From contig JAGVXY010000023.1 of the NCBI GenBank assembly GCA_018303545.1, positions 1 to 41,269 on the forward strand: a stretch of 41,269 bases of DNA, in the 5' to 3' direction. Numbering within the stretch: the first letter of the stretch is position 1; the number at the start of each line of letters is the position of its first letter. A program made the translations under genes and the position numbers. The notes beneath the pieces are model-generated. The model saw only the letters and a program-made list of their open reading frames with translations, was not told the DNA's origin and made no database searches. The stretch comes from Candidatus Woesearchaeota archaeon (lineage in GTDB: Archaea > Nanobdellota > Nanobdellia > SCGC-AAA011-G17 > JAGVXY01). This document shows positions 26,522 to 37,418 of this stretch, piece by piece.

Positions 26522-28933
26522 ATGAAAAAACAGTTCTATCTGCTGGATTTAGAAATGCAGGATAATGGAAAACAGAATTTAATAAGACTTTATGGCCGGG
26601 ACAAAGAGGGCAAAAGAGTGATTTATTATGATAAATCTATGCATCCATATTTCTATATCATTCCTGAAAAAAAAGCCATTATAAATAATCTCAAAAAAAA
26701 GATTGAAGAAGATAAAGAAGTTTATGAAGTTAAAAAAGAGAATAAAAGTTATCTTGGTGAAGAAAGAGACGTTCTTAAAATAACTTGTTTATTAAATAGC
26801 GAAGCAATAAAAGTAAAAGATATTATTAAAAAGTGGAAAGGTGTCGAATATAAAGCTGAAGTAGATATACCGCTGACTAAAAAATATCTAATAGAAAAAA
26901 ATATCAATGTTCTACAATTAGTTGAAGCAGAAATTGAAGAAAATGAAATAAAATCCATTATTGGAACTGGAAAATATTTAGAACCAAAAATGCTTTCTTT
27001 TGATATTGAGACGTATCTGCCTTCAAGGGGATTCCCTATGCCTTCAAGAGATCCGGCAATATGCATTGGAATATACGGCAATAAATTCAAAAAAGTAATT
27101 ACATGGAAAAAATTTACAACAGACAATGATGATTATATTTTTGCAAATAGTGAAAAAGAAATGATTGAAGAATTCTTGAGGCAGGTTGAAAAATATGACC
27201 CTGATTACATTGTTGGTTATTTTTCAGATGGATTTGATTTTCCCTATCTAAGAGACAGGGCAGATAAACTTAAAGTTAAATTTGAATTGAATGGGGCAGT
27301 GATAGAGGTAGGACGAAGAGGAAATTTTCCAAAAACAAAAATTTTGGGAATTGTTCATATTGACTTAAATGCATTTGTAAGGCTAATGATGACTCCTGTT
27401 CTTGAGACAGATACTTATGATTTGGATTCTGTTGCGAGAGAATTGGTAGGTGAAGGCAAGGAAGAGATTGAAATGAAAAATCTTGGCGCTGCATGGGACC
27501 ATGGAGGAAAAGCAATAGAACCTATATTAGAATACAATATGCAAGATGTCAAAATTACTTACAAATTAGCCGAGAAATTACTGCCCAATATACATGAAAT
27601 TTCGAAAGTTGTCGGGCAATCACCTTTTGATGTATCGAGGCATAGCTATGGGCTACAGTCTGAATGGTTCTTGATTAAAAAAGCGCATGATTACAATGAG
27701 TTGGTGCCAAATCATCCAAGTGAAGAGAATATAAGAAAAAGGATGAAAACTACTTTTAAGGCGGCATTTGTCTTTACGCCAGAACCTGGATTGTATGAAA
27801 ATATTGCCGTATTTGACTTCAAAGGGCTTTATCCCTCAATAATAGCTGCGCACAATATAAGCGCAACAACTCTTGGTGCGGATGGAAATGAAACAATCCC
27901 GGTTGAGACCATCACAGGGAAATTAGTGAAGTATCATTTAAGCAAGAAACAGGGATTCATTACAAAATCAATAATCGAATTAATTGAAGCAAGAAATAAA
28001 ATCAAAAAAGAGATGAAAGGCGACAAAACATTAAAAGGAAGTCTGCTTGGTGCAAGAAATTATGCCCTGAAAACCATTGCAAATGCAATGTATGGTTACC
28101 ATGCATTCTTTGGCGCAAGATGGTATTCCCTAGAAGCAGCGCAGACTATTACTGCCTATGCCCGACATTATATAACTACGGCGATGGACTTAGCGACTAA
28201 AGAAGGTTTCAAGGTGATTTATGGAGATACTGATTCGATTATGCTACACCTGAATAAACAATCCAAAAAATTAGCAGAAGACTTTCAGAAAAAAGTCAAT
28301 GATAAATTACCAAGATATATGGAACTGGAGTTGGAAGATTATTATACTCGCGGGATATTTGTGATGAGAAAAGGCAAGTCAGAATTTGGAGCAAAAAAGA
28401 AATATGCTTTGATAAATGAAAGGGGGAAAATAAAAATCATTGGCTTTGAAACGGTAAGAAGAGATTGGTCTAAATTGGCTCGTGAAACACAAGAAAAAGT
28501 TTTAGGTATTATACTTAGAGAAAATAACAGCAAGAAGGCGATGGAATATGCACGAGAAGTAATTGAGTTGGTTGAGAAAAGAAAAATTAAAATGGAAGAC
28601 ATGATAATGAGGACTAAACTGAAAAAACCAATAGATTCTTACGCCTCTGAGGGACCCCATGTAGCCGCAGCAAAAAGAATGAGAGATAAAGGATTATTAG
28701 TTGGAACGGGAACGATGATTGAATATGTAGTTTCCGGAAAAGGCACACGGATAAGGGATAAAGTTAAACTGCCTCAGGAAATTGAAGACAATGATTACGA
28801 TTCAGAATATTATATTAATAATCAAGTGTTGCCTGCTGTTGAAAAAATTTTAGAAGTTTTAGGGTATACTAAAGAGGAAATACTGCATGGTAAAACGCAG
28901 ACAACTTTGGGCAGTTTTGGCAAAAAGATATAA
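26522..28933 (+). CDS. polB: Family B DNA polymerase (archaeal PolB3-like), no intein
   Basis: ExoI SFDIET, ExoII DGFDFPYL, ExoIII YNMQD, motif A DFKGLYPSII, motif B KTIANAMYGY, motif C YGDTDS, PIP box QTTLGSF. Confidence 0.97.
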   Translation: MKKQFYLLDLEMQDNGKQNLIRLYGRDKEGKRVIYYDKSMHPYFYIIPEKKAIINNLKKKIEEDKEVYEVKKENKSYLGEERDVLKITCLLNSEAIKVKDIIKKWKGVEYKAEVDIPLTKKYLIEKNINVLQLVEAEIEENEIKSIIGTGKYLEPKMLSFDIETYLPSRGFPMPSRDPAICIGIYGNKFKKVITWKKFTTDNDDYIFANSEKEMIEEFLRQVEKYDPDYIVGYFSDGFDFPYLRDRADKLKVKFELNGAVIEVGRRGNFPKTKILGIVHIDLNAFVRLMMTPVLETDTYDLDSVARELVGEGKEEIEMKNLGAAWDHGGKAIEPILEYNMQDVKITYKLAEKLLPNIHEISKVVGQSPFDVSRHSYGLQSEWFLIKKAHDYNELVPNHPSEENIRKRMKTTFKAAFVFTPEPGLYENIAVFDFKGLYPSIIAAHNISATTLGADGNETIPVETITGKLVKYHLSKKQGFITKSIIELIEARNKIKKEMKGDKTLKGSLLGARNYALKTIANAMYGYHAFFGARWYSLEAAQTITAYARHYITTAMDLATKEGFKVIYGDTDSIMLHLNKQSKKLAEDFQKKVNDKLPRYMELELEDYYTRGIFVMRKGKSEFGAKKKYALINERGKIKIIGFETVRRDWSKLARETQEKVLGIILRENNSKKAMEYAREVIELVEKRKIKMEDMIMRTKLKKPIDSYASEGPHVAAAKRMRDKGLLVGTGTMIEYVVSGKGTRIRDKVKLPQEIEDNDYDSEYYINNQVLPAVEKILEVLGYTKEEILHGKTQTTLGSFGKKI

Positions 28934-28958
28934 ATAACAAATGCATTTCTCGTAGTTT

Positions 28959-29828
28959 ATGGATGATTATGATAAAGCAGGAAGAATAGCTGCTGAAGCA
29001 AGGGATTATGGCGCTTCTTTAATAAAAGTTGGTGTTTCTTTGCTTGAAGTTACTGAAAGGGTTGAAGAGAGAATTCTTAAACTAGGGGGCAAGTTTGCTT
29101 TTCCTCCACAAATTTCAAGAAATGAAATAGCTGCGCATTACTGCGCTTTTACAGATGACCCTATAATATTTGATGAGGGCGATATTGTGAAATTAGATGT
29201 TGGAGTTCATGTAAATGGTTACATTGGGGATACAGCAATAACGGTTGATTTAGATAAGAATATTAATCTGCTTAGGGCATCTGAGCATGCTTTGAGAAAT
29301 GCCCTAAAAATAATAAGGCCTGGAGTAACATTGGGTGAAATAGGAAAAGAGATTGAGCAGACGATACAAGAAGAGGGATTTGAACCGATAAGAAATTTAT
29401 CCGGACATGGCTTAGGGCTCTATCAGATACATGCTCCGCCAAGCGTACCCAATTATGACAATAAAAGTACAAAGATATTAAAAGAAGGCCAAGTTGTAGC
29501 CATTGAACCTTTTGCCACTACCGGAAAAGGGATGATATGTGAAGGGAAACCTTCTGGAATTTTCCGCTGGGTTGGGAAAAAAGCAGTAAGGCATCCAAAA
29601 GCGCGGGAGGTTCTGAAATATATTGAATCGGAGTTTAAAACTTTGCCATTTACAAAAAGATGGATAATGAAAAAATATTCTATGGGTGAATTTTATCTTA
29701 GATTGCTTGAAAAAGAAGGAATAATCCAAGAATATGCACAATTGCCTGAAATTTCTAACGGATTGGTATCACAAGCAGAACATACTATTCGAGTTGAAGA
29801 AAAAGCTAAAATTTTGACGAAAGTTTAA
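28959..29828 (+). CDS. map: Type II methionine aminopeptidase
   Basis: [39 protein letters not shown], plus the helical type II insertion. Confidence 0.96.
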   Translation: MDDYDKAGRIAAEARDYGASLIKVGVSLLEVTERVEERILKLGGKFAFPPQISRNEIAAHYCAFTDDPIIFDEGDIVKLDVGVHVNGYIGDTAITVDLDKNINLLRASEHALRNALKIIRPGVTLGEIGKEIEQTIQEEGFEPIRNLSGHGLGLYQIHAPPSVPNYDNKSTKILKEGQVVAIEPFATTGKGMICEGKPSGIFRWVGKKAVRHPKAREVLKYIESEFKTLPFTKRWIMKKYSMGEFYLRLLEKEGIIQEYAQLPEISNGLVSQAEHTIRVEEKAKILTKV

Positions 29829-32086
29829 CCCATATAATCTAAGTCTTTGTCTCTGCGCATTGCTGCCCCTCTTGCCGTTCTCAAATATTCTTCTTCAATG
29901 CTTTGGTATCTTGCAAGATCCTCTTTCGTTATAGAGCTCTTTGCTTTCTCTAAGGCTTTTTTGAAATGAGTCATAGTAATTTCTTTAGCGTTAAATGACT
30001 CTCTTAATGCGATAATTGCTGCTTCTTTGCACAAATTTTCAATATCTGCACCGACGTAATTGTCAGTTAAATCAGCAAGTTGATCAAGACTGACATTTTT
30101 TGCCAAAGGCATTTTTGCAGTAAATATTTTTAATATATCTAATCTGGCTTCACGGTCTGGGACCGAAACGAGAAGAACGCGATCAAACCTTCCAGGCCTT
30201 AGCAAAGCAGGATCAACAATATCTGGTCTGTTCGTAGCGCCTATAATTATTACATCGTTCAGTTCAACTAACCCATCCATCTCAGTTAATAATTGATTCA
30301 TCATACGATCAGTTACTGAAGAATCCGATTCGCGACCTCGTCTTGGGGCTATTGAATCTATCTCATCAAAAAATATTATTGTTGGTGCAGCCTGCCGAGC
30401 TTTTTCAAATACCTTACGAACACCCTTTTCAGATTCACCAACAAATTTATTCAATAATTCTGGACCCTTAACTAAAATAAAGTTTGCTTCAGATTCGTTA
30501 GCAACTGCCTTAGCAAGCATAGTCTTACCGCACCCAGGTGGACCATACATAAGAATGCCTTTTGGAGGTTTTATTCCCATGCGCTTGAATTCTTTAGCAT
30601 GTTTCAATGGCCATTCAACCATCTCTATTAAATTTTGTTTTAAATCTTTTAATCCCCCTATATCTTTCCACTTTACATTTGGAATTTCAACAAAAACTTC
30701 GCGCATAGCTGAGGGTCTAACTAATTTTAAAGCATCTGTAAAATCATCGTGCTTTATTATCAATTTATCTAGAACTTCTTTGGCTATTGCTGCTTCTTCT
30801 TTCATGTTTAAATCAGGCAAAATTCTTCTTAAAACGGTCATTGCTGCTTCTTTGCATAGTGCAGATAAATCTGCACCAACAAAACCATGCGTTATTTCTG
30901 CCAATTTTTCTAGATTAACATCTTTTTCAAGAGGCATTGTTCTTGTATGAATCTTCAAAATATTCAGACGACCAGGTTTTGTAGGAACGCCTATCTCGAT
31001 TTCACGATCGAATCTTCCCGGTCTTCTTAAGGCAGGGTCAATTGAATTAGGCCGATTAGTTGCCGCAATTACAACAACACGACCACGAGATTTTAGGCCA
31101 TCCATCAACCCTAAAAGTTGGGCAACGACACGACGTTCAACTTCACCATAACTCTCTTCTCTTTTAGGAGAGATGGCATCGATTTCATCAATAAAAATTA
31201 TAGATGGTGCTTTTTTCTCAGCATCTTCAAAAAGCTCTCTAAGCTTTTTTTCAGCTTCGCCAACGAACTTGCTCATTATCTCTGGAGAGTTAATTGAAAT
31301 AAAATGAGTATCTGATTCATTAGCAACGGCTTTTGCCAATAAGGTTTTTCCGCATCCAGGGGGGCCATGTAATAAAACTCCTTTTGGGGGCTCTATGCCT
31401 AATTTTTCAAATATTTCCGGATGCTTTAGGGGAAGTTCTATCATTTCGCGAACTTTCTTAACTTCGTCTTCTAAACCACCAATGTCTTCATAAGCATATT
31501 CTATAGCTTTTTGCTCTTCAGAAATTTTAACTGCGTGAGGACTCAATGAAAGTATCGTTGAATCTGATATTATTACGGGCTTCTTTGGAATTGTTTCCAC
31601 GACTAAAAATTTTAATGATCCGAAACCCATAAAACTAAATCGCTCAAAAACGACATCGTTGAATGGAGAATTATCAGAGAACTTTGGCCTACGCTTACCT
31701 GGCGAAATAATATCCCCAATAGTCACTGCACGACCGATTAAATTAAACCTATTTGGATCAGCTTGAATCATAACTCCTTCTTGAGCTGGTGCAATGGTCA
31801 CAGTTTTTGCGGGCTGGAGTTCAGCTTTTGAAACAGTAACCAATTCTCCTATGCCGGTTTTTGCATTTTTTCTTATATTATTATCCATTCTAATAATGGA
31901 CTGGCCAATATCTGCAGGATAAGCCCGATCAACACTGCCAAAAGTCTTTCTACCCCCCTCAATTTCAACAAAATCCCCTGCTCTTACGTCTAGCTTACGC
32001 ATAGTTTCAGAATCTATTCTAACAATGCCCTCATTAACCTCTTCTTGCTGGGCTTCCATAACCATGAGTTTAACGGATTCAGCCAT
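29825..32086 (-). CDS. cdc48: CDC48/VCP-family AAA+ ATPase
   Basis: N-terminal double-psi barrel, two AAA modules (GPPGCGKT x2, [35 protein letters not shown]). Confidence 0.97.
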   Translation of the reverse strand: MAESVKLMVMEAQQEEVNEGIVRIDSETMRKLDVRAGDFVEIEGGRKTFGSVDRAYPADIGQSIIRMDNNIRKNAKTGIGELVTVSKAELQPAKTVTIAPAQEGVMIQADPNRFNLIGRAVTIGDIISPGKRRPKFSDNSPFNDVVFERFSFMGFGSLKFLVVETIPKKPVIISDSTILSLSPHAVKISEEQKAIEYAYEDIGGLEDEVKKVREMIELPLKHPEIFEKLGIEPPKGVLLHGPPGCGKTLLAKAVANESDTHFISINSPEIMSKFVGEAEKKLRELFEDAEKKAPSIIFIDEIDAISPKREESYGEVERRVVAQLLGLMDGLKSRGRVVVIAATNRPNSIDPALRRPGRFDREIEIGVPTKPGRLNILKIHTRTMPLEKDVNLEKLAEITHGFVGADLSALCKEAAMTVLRRILPDLNMKEEAAIAKEVLDKLIIKHDDFTDALKLVRPSAMREVFVEIPNVKWKDIGGLKDLKQNLIEMVEWPLKHAKEFKRMGIKPPKGILMYGPPGCGKTMLAKAVANESEANFILVKGPELLNKFVGESEKGVRKVFEKARQAAPTIIFFDEIDSIAPRRGRESDSSVTDRMMNQLLTEMDGLVELNDVIIIGATNRPDIVDPALLRPGRFDRVLLVSVPDREARLDILKIFTAKMPLAKNVSLDQLADLTDNYVGADIENLCKEAAIIALRESFNAKEITMTHFKKALEKAKSSITKEDLARYQSIEEEYLRTARGAAMRRDKDLDYMG

Positions 32087-32176
32087 TACAATTAATCCTT
32101 GGAGATAAATAATTTATAAGGTTTATGGTATTCCATTCAGAAGATATTTAAACTTGCAATTTCTTGCCTTAATATT

Positions 32177-32827
32177 ATGATTCCTACTGGAAGCGAAGAT
32201 TTGGATAATTTCATGAAAGGTTATAGAAAAGGGATATTGACTGCGATATATGGTGAGCCTGCAACTGGAAAAACACTGATGTGCTTATTGGCTTCAGGGA
32301 GCATGGCCCAGCAGAATAACAAGATTATTTACATAGATACAGAATGCGCTTTTCCTTTGGATAGATTTATACAGCTGTATCCTGAAAACTATAAAGAACT
32401 ATTAAATAATATTTTTGTTATAAAGGTAAAAAGCATGAGCGAGCAAATAAATGCCTTGGAAAATATCGCTAAAGCAAAAAATGTGGATTTAGTGATTATG
32501 GATTCCTTGAGCTACCATTATCGAAAAGATATAAAGGAAAATTCTGAAGAGACAAAGCCAAAGATGATTTATATGATGAATCTGCTTTTGAATATTGCAA
32601 AGACCAGAAATATTCCTGTGCTGCTTTCCAATCAAGTCTATAATAATATTGAAAATAACACATTGAAATTAATAGGAGGTAAATTTGTTGAGAATAGAGC
32701 AAAATGTATAATAAAACTTGACAAGGGAATAAAGAGAAAAATTGTAATAGAAAAACATCCCTTTTTAGAACAGGATAAGATGAATTTTATAATAAACGAC
32801 AAGGGGATATTCAGACTTTCTTCTTGA
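32177..32827 (+). CDS. radB: DNA repair and recombination protein RadB
   Basis: IPTGS..LD, GEPATGKT, YIDTE, IMDSL, LSNQVY. Short, with no N-terminal RadA domain. Confidence 0.85.
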   Translation: MIPTGSEDLDNFMKGYRKGILTAIYGEPATGKTLMCLLASGSMAQQNNKIIYIDTECAFPLDRFIQLYPENYKELLNNIFVIKVKSMSEQINALENIAKAKNVDLVIMDSLSYHYRKDIKENSEETKPKMIYMMNLLLNIAKTRNIPVLLSNQVYNNIENNTLKLIGGKFVENRAKCIIKLDKGIKRKIVIEKHPFLEQDKMNFIINDKGIFRLSS

Positions 32828-35066
32828 GATTTTCTTTCTTAGGTTTTTTGAAATCTTCTTTCTTGGGCATATCATTTAATCTTTCTGTGTATCTGCACTT
32901 AGGAAATCTTGAACATCCAAAGAATTGCCCATAGACACTCTTCCTTAAAACTAACTTTCCTTCCTTGCATTTGGGGCATTCTTTTTCAACTATTCCTGCT
33001 TCGATTTCTTTAACTTCTTTGGAAAGCTCCTTGTTCTGAATATCTTTTGATGGACATAATGGATTTATGCACACAATCTGCGGCCTCTTGCCTTTTTTTA
33101 TTATCTTAACCATGGGATAACTGCATGACTGACAATCCTGCTTTGCTGCAAGAACCAAACCTGATTTGGGTAAGCTAAAAGTTGTTTTGCATTCTGGATG
33201 GCGTTCGCATGCTACAAAACGGCCAAATTTTCCAGAACGAATGTGCAAAGAACCCTGCTTACAATTAGGACATAAACCAAGACGACTTTCTTCAGAAAGA
33301 GTTTCTCTATTTGCTTCTTCAAGCTCCAATCCAATTACTTTTTCATGCTTCTTAAAATCAGCCAACATTATTGTCAAAAGTGCTCTTGCTTCTTCTAGGA
33401 CTTTTTCGCCTTTAATTTTTTTTGTCCTTATTTGCTCCATTTCTTCTTCAAAATGCCTTGTCAAAGCTTCATCTAAAATTTTCGGAGAATATTTATCTAA
33501 AACAGAAATTGTTTTTAACCCCAAATCTGTCACTTCTAAAGATTGCTCTTTGACATAATTCCGGCTGTATAAGTTATCAATAATCTGGGCTCTTGTTGCT
33601 TTCGTACCAAGATTTCTATTTTCTAATTCCTTTATTATTGAAGCAGGAGTATAACGCCTAGGGGGTTTGGTTTCCTTTTCGTGTTGCAGTAATTCTTTAA
33701 TATGCAGCTCTTGCTTTTCTTTTAAGATTGGAAGCTCCTCTTCCTTAAGCATGACAAATCTACCATATAATTCAAACCAATTTGCTACCTTTGTTCTGGT
33801 GCCAGAAGCAACAAAGATTTCTTTATTTACATCAATCTCTACCCGCATAGTCTCTCTTACTGCAGATTCACCGAATGTTGAAAGGAATCTTCTGGTAATT
33901 AATTCATAGATTACTTTATGCCGACCGGATAAAGCCTTTGGATATTCCCCCGTGGGATGAATTGCAGGATGGGCCGCATCAACCTTATTGCCATTGTTAG
34001 GTTTGAGTTTTGTATTTTTCAAAACAAACTCAACCTCCTTGCTGAATTCTTTCTGTTTTTTTATTTTTTCTAAAATCTTTTTAACATCAATCTGGGGAGG
34101 AATCTGATTCGAAGAAGTTCTAGGATAGGAGATATAAGACCCTATGTATAAATCTTGAGCCACAGCCAATGAATCTTTAGGATTTATCTTTAATGTACGA
34201 TAAGCTTCTGTCTGCAATGTTGTCAAGTCAAATGGGTGCGGAGGATCCTGCTTAAATTCCTTATTTGAAATTTTTGTTACGGTTGCCTTGTGACCTTTAC
34301 ATTTATGATATATTTTATCAGCTTTTTCTTTTTCCCATAACTTATCTTCATGATGCCAAGCATCAACTTCTTTTGTTTTTAGTTCTAATTGCCAGTATTT
34401 AATCGGAATAAATTTCTTTATTTCCAATTCTTTTTCAGCAAGAATCTTTAATGCAGGACCTTGGACTCTTCCTGTAGATAAAATCTTGAATCGCCCTGTT
34501 GCATTCTTAACAGATAATGTCAAAGCCCTGCTTAAGTTAATACCATATAAATAATCTAACTCGTGTCTTGTAAGACCTGCTTCTGCTTGACCCCAATCTA
34601 AGTGCTTTTCTGCATTCTCATAAGAATTAATTAATTCTTCAGTTGTAAATGTGGAATATTTCATCCTTCTTGCATCTTTTTGATTGCATGCAAATTTTAT
34701 AATATTTAAACCTATGACTTCTCCTTCAATATCATAATCGCATGCATTAACAAAGGTATCTGCTTCTTTGCCTAATTTTTTTAGATTATCTAAATATTGC
34801 TTAGTATAAGCTGAACCCTTTGCAACTTCATAAGAGGGTTTCCATTCAAGATTGAAAACAGGATAGGTCCATTTACCTTTATCCTTCTCGGCAACAGTAT
34901 AAAGATGACCTACTGCCGCCGCAACAATTATCTTTTTACCCTTGTGTTGAATCTCATAATACGGAATTTTCTTCATATAAGTCTTTTTTTCAGGCTTTTT
35001 ATCGGCTAAAGCTGTTGCGATTTTGTTTGCTGCATCGGGCTTTTCGCAGATTACAAGGTCTACCAT
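32811..35066 (-). CDS. topA: DNA topoisomerase I (type IA) with C-terminal Zn ribbons
   Basis: ICEKP, AVGHL, ACDYDIEGE (TOPRIM), STGRVQGP, ISYPRT (catalytic Tyr), GLGTKATR-like NLGTKATR, repeated Cys-rich C4 modules. Likely start MVDLV at 35066. Confidence 0.97.
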   Translation of the reverse strand: MVDLVICEKPDAANKIATALADKKPEKKTYMKKIPYYEIQHKGKKIIVAAAVGHLYTVAEKDKGKWTYPVFNLEWKPSYEVAKGSAYTKQYLDNLKKLGKEADTFVNACDYDIEGEVIGLNIIKFACNQKDARRMKYSTFTTEELINSYENAEKHLDWGQAEAGLTRHELDYLYGINLSRALTLSVKNATGRFKILSTGRVQGPALKILAEKELEIKKFIPIKYWQLELKTKEVDAWHHEDKLWEKEKADKIYHKCKGHKATVTKISNKEFKQDPPHPFDLTTLQTEAYRTLKINPKDSLAVAQDLYIGSYISYPRTSSNQIPPQIDVKKILEKIKKQKEFSKEVEFVLKNTKLKPNNGNKVDAAHPAIHPTGEYPKALSGRHKVIYELITRRFLSTFGESAVRETMRVEIDVNKEIFVASGTRTKVANWFELYGRFVMLKEEELPILKEKQELHIKELLQHEKETKPPRRYTPASIIKELENRNLGTKATRAQIIDNLYSRNYVKEQSLEVTDLGLKTISVLDKYSPKILDEALTRHFEEEMEQIRTKKIKGEKVLEEARALLTIMLADFKKHEKVIGLELEEANRETLSEESRLGLCPNCKQGSLHIRSGKFGRFVACERHPECKTTFSLPKSGLVLAAKQDCQSCSYPMVKIIKKGKRPQIVCINPLCPSKDIQNKELSKEVKEIEAGIVEKECPKCKEGKLVLRKSVYGQFFGCSRFPKCRYTERLNDMPKKEDFKKPKKENLKKKV

Positions 35067-35148
35067 AAAAATTCTGAAAGTGGACAATGCTATTAAAATG
35101 TTTCGGTTTTACAATTAGCAGAATATCTAGAGGTAATAATCTCAAGTT

Positions 35149-35349
35149 TTACTTTTTGCTAAAAAAGTAAATGTAAACTATTGGCAAAATTCCGATTGTG
35201 TTAAAAATAATAATGCACACAAACCAAACTAGATGTTTACTCCTTGCAGATTTCCACAAAGCGATTCCTTTCCAAATCGTTTCCCATATTGCTAAAACAG
35301 CTAATAATAGGACCCATGTTGTATAGGTTAATGCCATGCTATGAATCAA
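35149..35349 (-). CDS. Small membrane protein (DUF5652-like)
   Basis: W..IWKGIALWKSAR....WF......NT.GILPI.Y pattern, two TM helices. Confidence 0.7.
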   Translation of the reverse strand: MIHSMALTYTTWVLLLAVLAIWETIWKGIALWKSARSKHLVWFVCIIIFNTIGILPIVYIYFFSKK

Positions 35350-35437
35350 GTATAGTCCCTTTAAATCTTTTTTGGTAGAGTAAAAAATGTAATTTTTTCA
35401 GCAAGATTTAAAAACATCAAATCCTTATGAAAATCTG

Positions 35438-36046
35438 ATGAATAATACGATAAAGTTTCTAATGATATCAGATATTTTTGTTTTTACGGGTTTTGGGCTA
35501 ATAGATCCAATTTTAGCCATTTTTATAAAAGAGAATTTGATTGGTGGAACAATATTTGCGGCAGGTATAGCAAGCACGATTTTCTTAATAACTAAATGTG
35601 CGATACAACTGCCTTTTTCAAGATATGTAGACAGCCATGATGAGAAAGTTGGTTGGCTTATAGCCGGCACGTTTCTGATAGCACTTGTACCTTTCATATA
35701 TATGGTAGCTAACAATATTTACTATATATATTTGGCCCAATTTTTGTATGGTATTGGTAGTGGACTAGCCTATCCGACTTGGCTTGGATTGTGGAGTACA
35801 CATTTAGATAAAAAACATGAAAGTTTTGAGTGGAGTCTATATTCTTCTTTGACTGGTTTGGGAATAGCTGCAATGGCTACTGTTGGTGCGGCAATTGCTC
35901 AATTTGTAGACTTTAGATATACTTTTGTGCTTGGCGGAATATTGTCTCTATTTGGGTGCGCAACCCTACTTAAGCTTGAAAATAAATCAAATGGAAATAA
36001 AGGCAATGTGCCCATGAGGAATTATCATAAGAAAACAAAAATATAA
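35438..36046 (+). CDS. Half-size (6-TM) MFS-type transporter
   Basis: Six hydrophobic helices, motif A-like FSRYVD, Y..QFLYGIGSGLAYP (motif C region). 202 aa only. Confidence 0.75.
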   Translation: MNNTIKFLMISDIFVFTGFGLIDPILAIFIKENLIGGTIFAAGIASTIFLITKCAIQLPFSRYVDSHDEKVGWLIAGTFLIALVPFIYMVANNIYYIYLAQFLYGIGSGLAYPTWLGLWSTHLDKKHESFEWSLYSSLTGLGIAAMATVGAAIAQFVDFRYTFVLGGILSLFGCATLLKLENKSNGNKGNVPMRNYHKKTKI

Positions 36047-36062
36047 ATCGCCCATTATTTAA

Positions 36063-37418
36063 TTATTTGTGCGCAGACTTATTTTTTTTCAACTTTTTAG
36101 ATTTGGATAATCGTGCTATCGCTTCAAGATGTTTTATAACTCCGTTTTTGATTATCATAATTTTACCTATTGATTTTACTCGTCCTGGTTTTATTATAAT
36201 CCTATTTTTCCCGACTTTCTTAGATGTCATTTTTTCCAATTTAATAATCCAACCGTGAATTTTATAATTTTCAAGAGAGACTTCTTTAACCTTGCCAATA
36301 TAATCTCCATTTTCAGAATAAACCCCTTTTCCGATTACATTTTTTAATACCGCTACATCTTTTTGCTTTCCTTTTTTCACAACCCGGTGCCTTCTCAAGA
36401 TTATCTTAATTAAGTGAGTTATTCCAATTAAAATGATCAATGTACTAAACCCTATAATAAAATATGCCTTGTTTGAAGAAATACTTTTTCCAACTGAAGT
36501 TACAACTGAAGACAATAAACGACTAATACTTGAGAGAGTATTTTTCAAATCATTGGAGAGGGTGGTTTCACTTGGAATTTCTTCATTTGCAGTCCCACTA
36601 ATAGTTTCATTCGCAAAAGCGGTTTTATTTTCAGTTTCAGATAAGGGAGTTATATCCGTAACATTCTCATAAATTGATTTAATATAAATATGGGCCTTAT
36701 TATTTTCAATTTTTTCTAATCGGACATATAAATCATAAAAATCATCACTATCTAAATCTAATTTTTTTCCTTCTCCTATCTTTAATGTAATCATAACGGA
36801 TTCAGGATAAATTATTATGGTGACTTTATCTAGCTGTAAATCTACTATCTCAAGAGAGTGCCCTTCTGATTTTATTTGGCCATAAGGCCTCTTTTGTATA
36901 GTATTAAACTTTACTTTTTCCCCATCTTTCAATATTTGTATTATCCCCGACAGGATGTTTTCATCTTTGATTTCATAAATGGTTTTACCTGTTATCCCCC
37001 CTCCTCCACCTCCTCCGGAGTCTCCACCACTAGTGGCATTTTCTTCTGAGACGGGTGCAGTTGTAACTTCAAAACTGTCAAAAGAGATATCTGGACCGCC
37101 AACATAGCTGACCATTGCTCTTAATTTGTATGTTCCTGCTAGGCTTGGCGCGGTTAGAGTCACAGTACTATTTACAGTTCCAGAAGCTGGAACAAAGGTT
37201 GTCTGCTGACTTGAAGTGTAATTAATAGTTTCGGCATTATTGGTTATCCAATAATCTATAATAAAATTCTGCCCAACGTCGGGATTCTGATTTATTATCT
37301 CAATTATTGAGTTGAAACTGCTTGATCCTACTACTGATGCTGGCGCATAAACCTTTGTATCTGCCGGCCCACCAAACCCTCCTGCAGGGTTATAGAATTC
37401 AAATCTATTCCACCGGAG
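36063..37418 (-). pseudogene. Frameshifted C-terminal part of the giant surface protein: Ig-like domain, Gly linker, TM helix, cytoplasmic PRC-barrel
   Basis: Frame is open from 37418 to the stop at 36063 with no good start. Reads PAGGFGGPADTKVYAP...GGDSGGGGGGG...AYFIIGFSTLIILIGITHLIKIIL...VIGKGVYSENGDYIGKVKEV...VKSIGKIMII. Confidence 0.75.

Noticed and set aside
27780-27860. Inactivated PolB (DFKGLYPS and GYFSDGFD variants)
   Set aside because: All catalytic carboxylates in ExoI-III and motifs A and C are present. The substitutions look like ordinary lineage variation.
26522-35066. Inteins in polB, cdc48, radB or topA
   Set aside because: Lengths are normal, catalytic motifs are contiguous, and there are no C/S...HN intein junctions.
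36990-37030. Phase-variable homopolymer in the Gly-linker of the adhesin C-terminal part
   Set aside because: The longest run is only six C (plus strand), the frame is intact through it, and it simply encodes a poly-Gly linker.
37325-37395. Programmed ribosomal frameshift or stop read-through (pyrrolysine TAG) joining the two adhesin ORFs
   Set aside because: No slippery heptamer at the junction. A simple shift would still leave ~59 residues of the module missing. Read-through of TAG stays in the wrong frame and meets another stop within a few codons.
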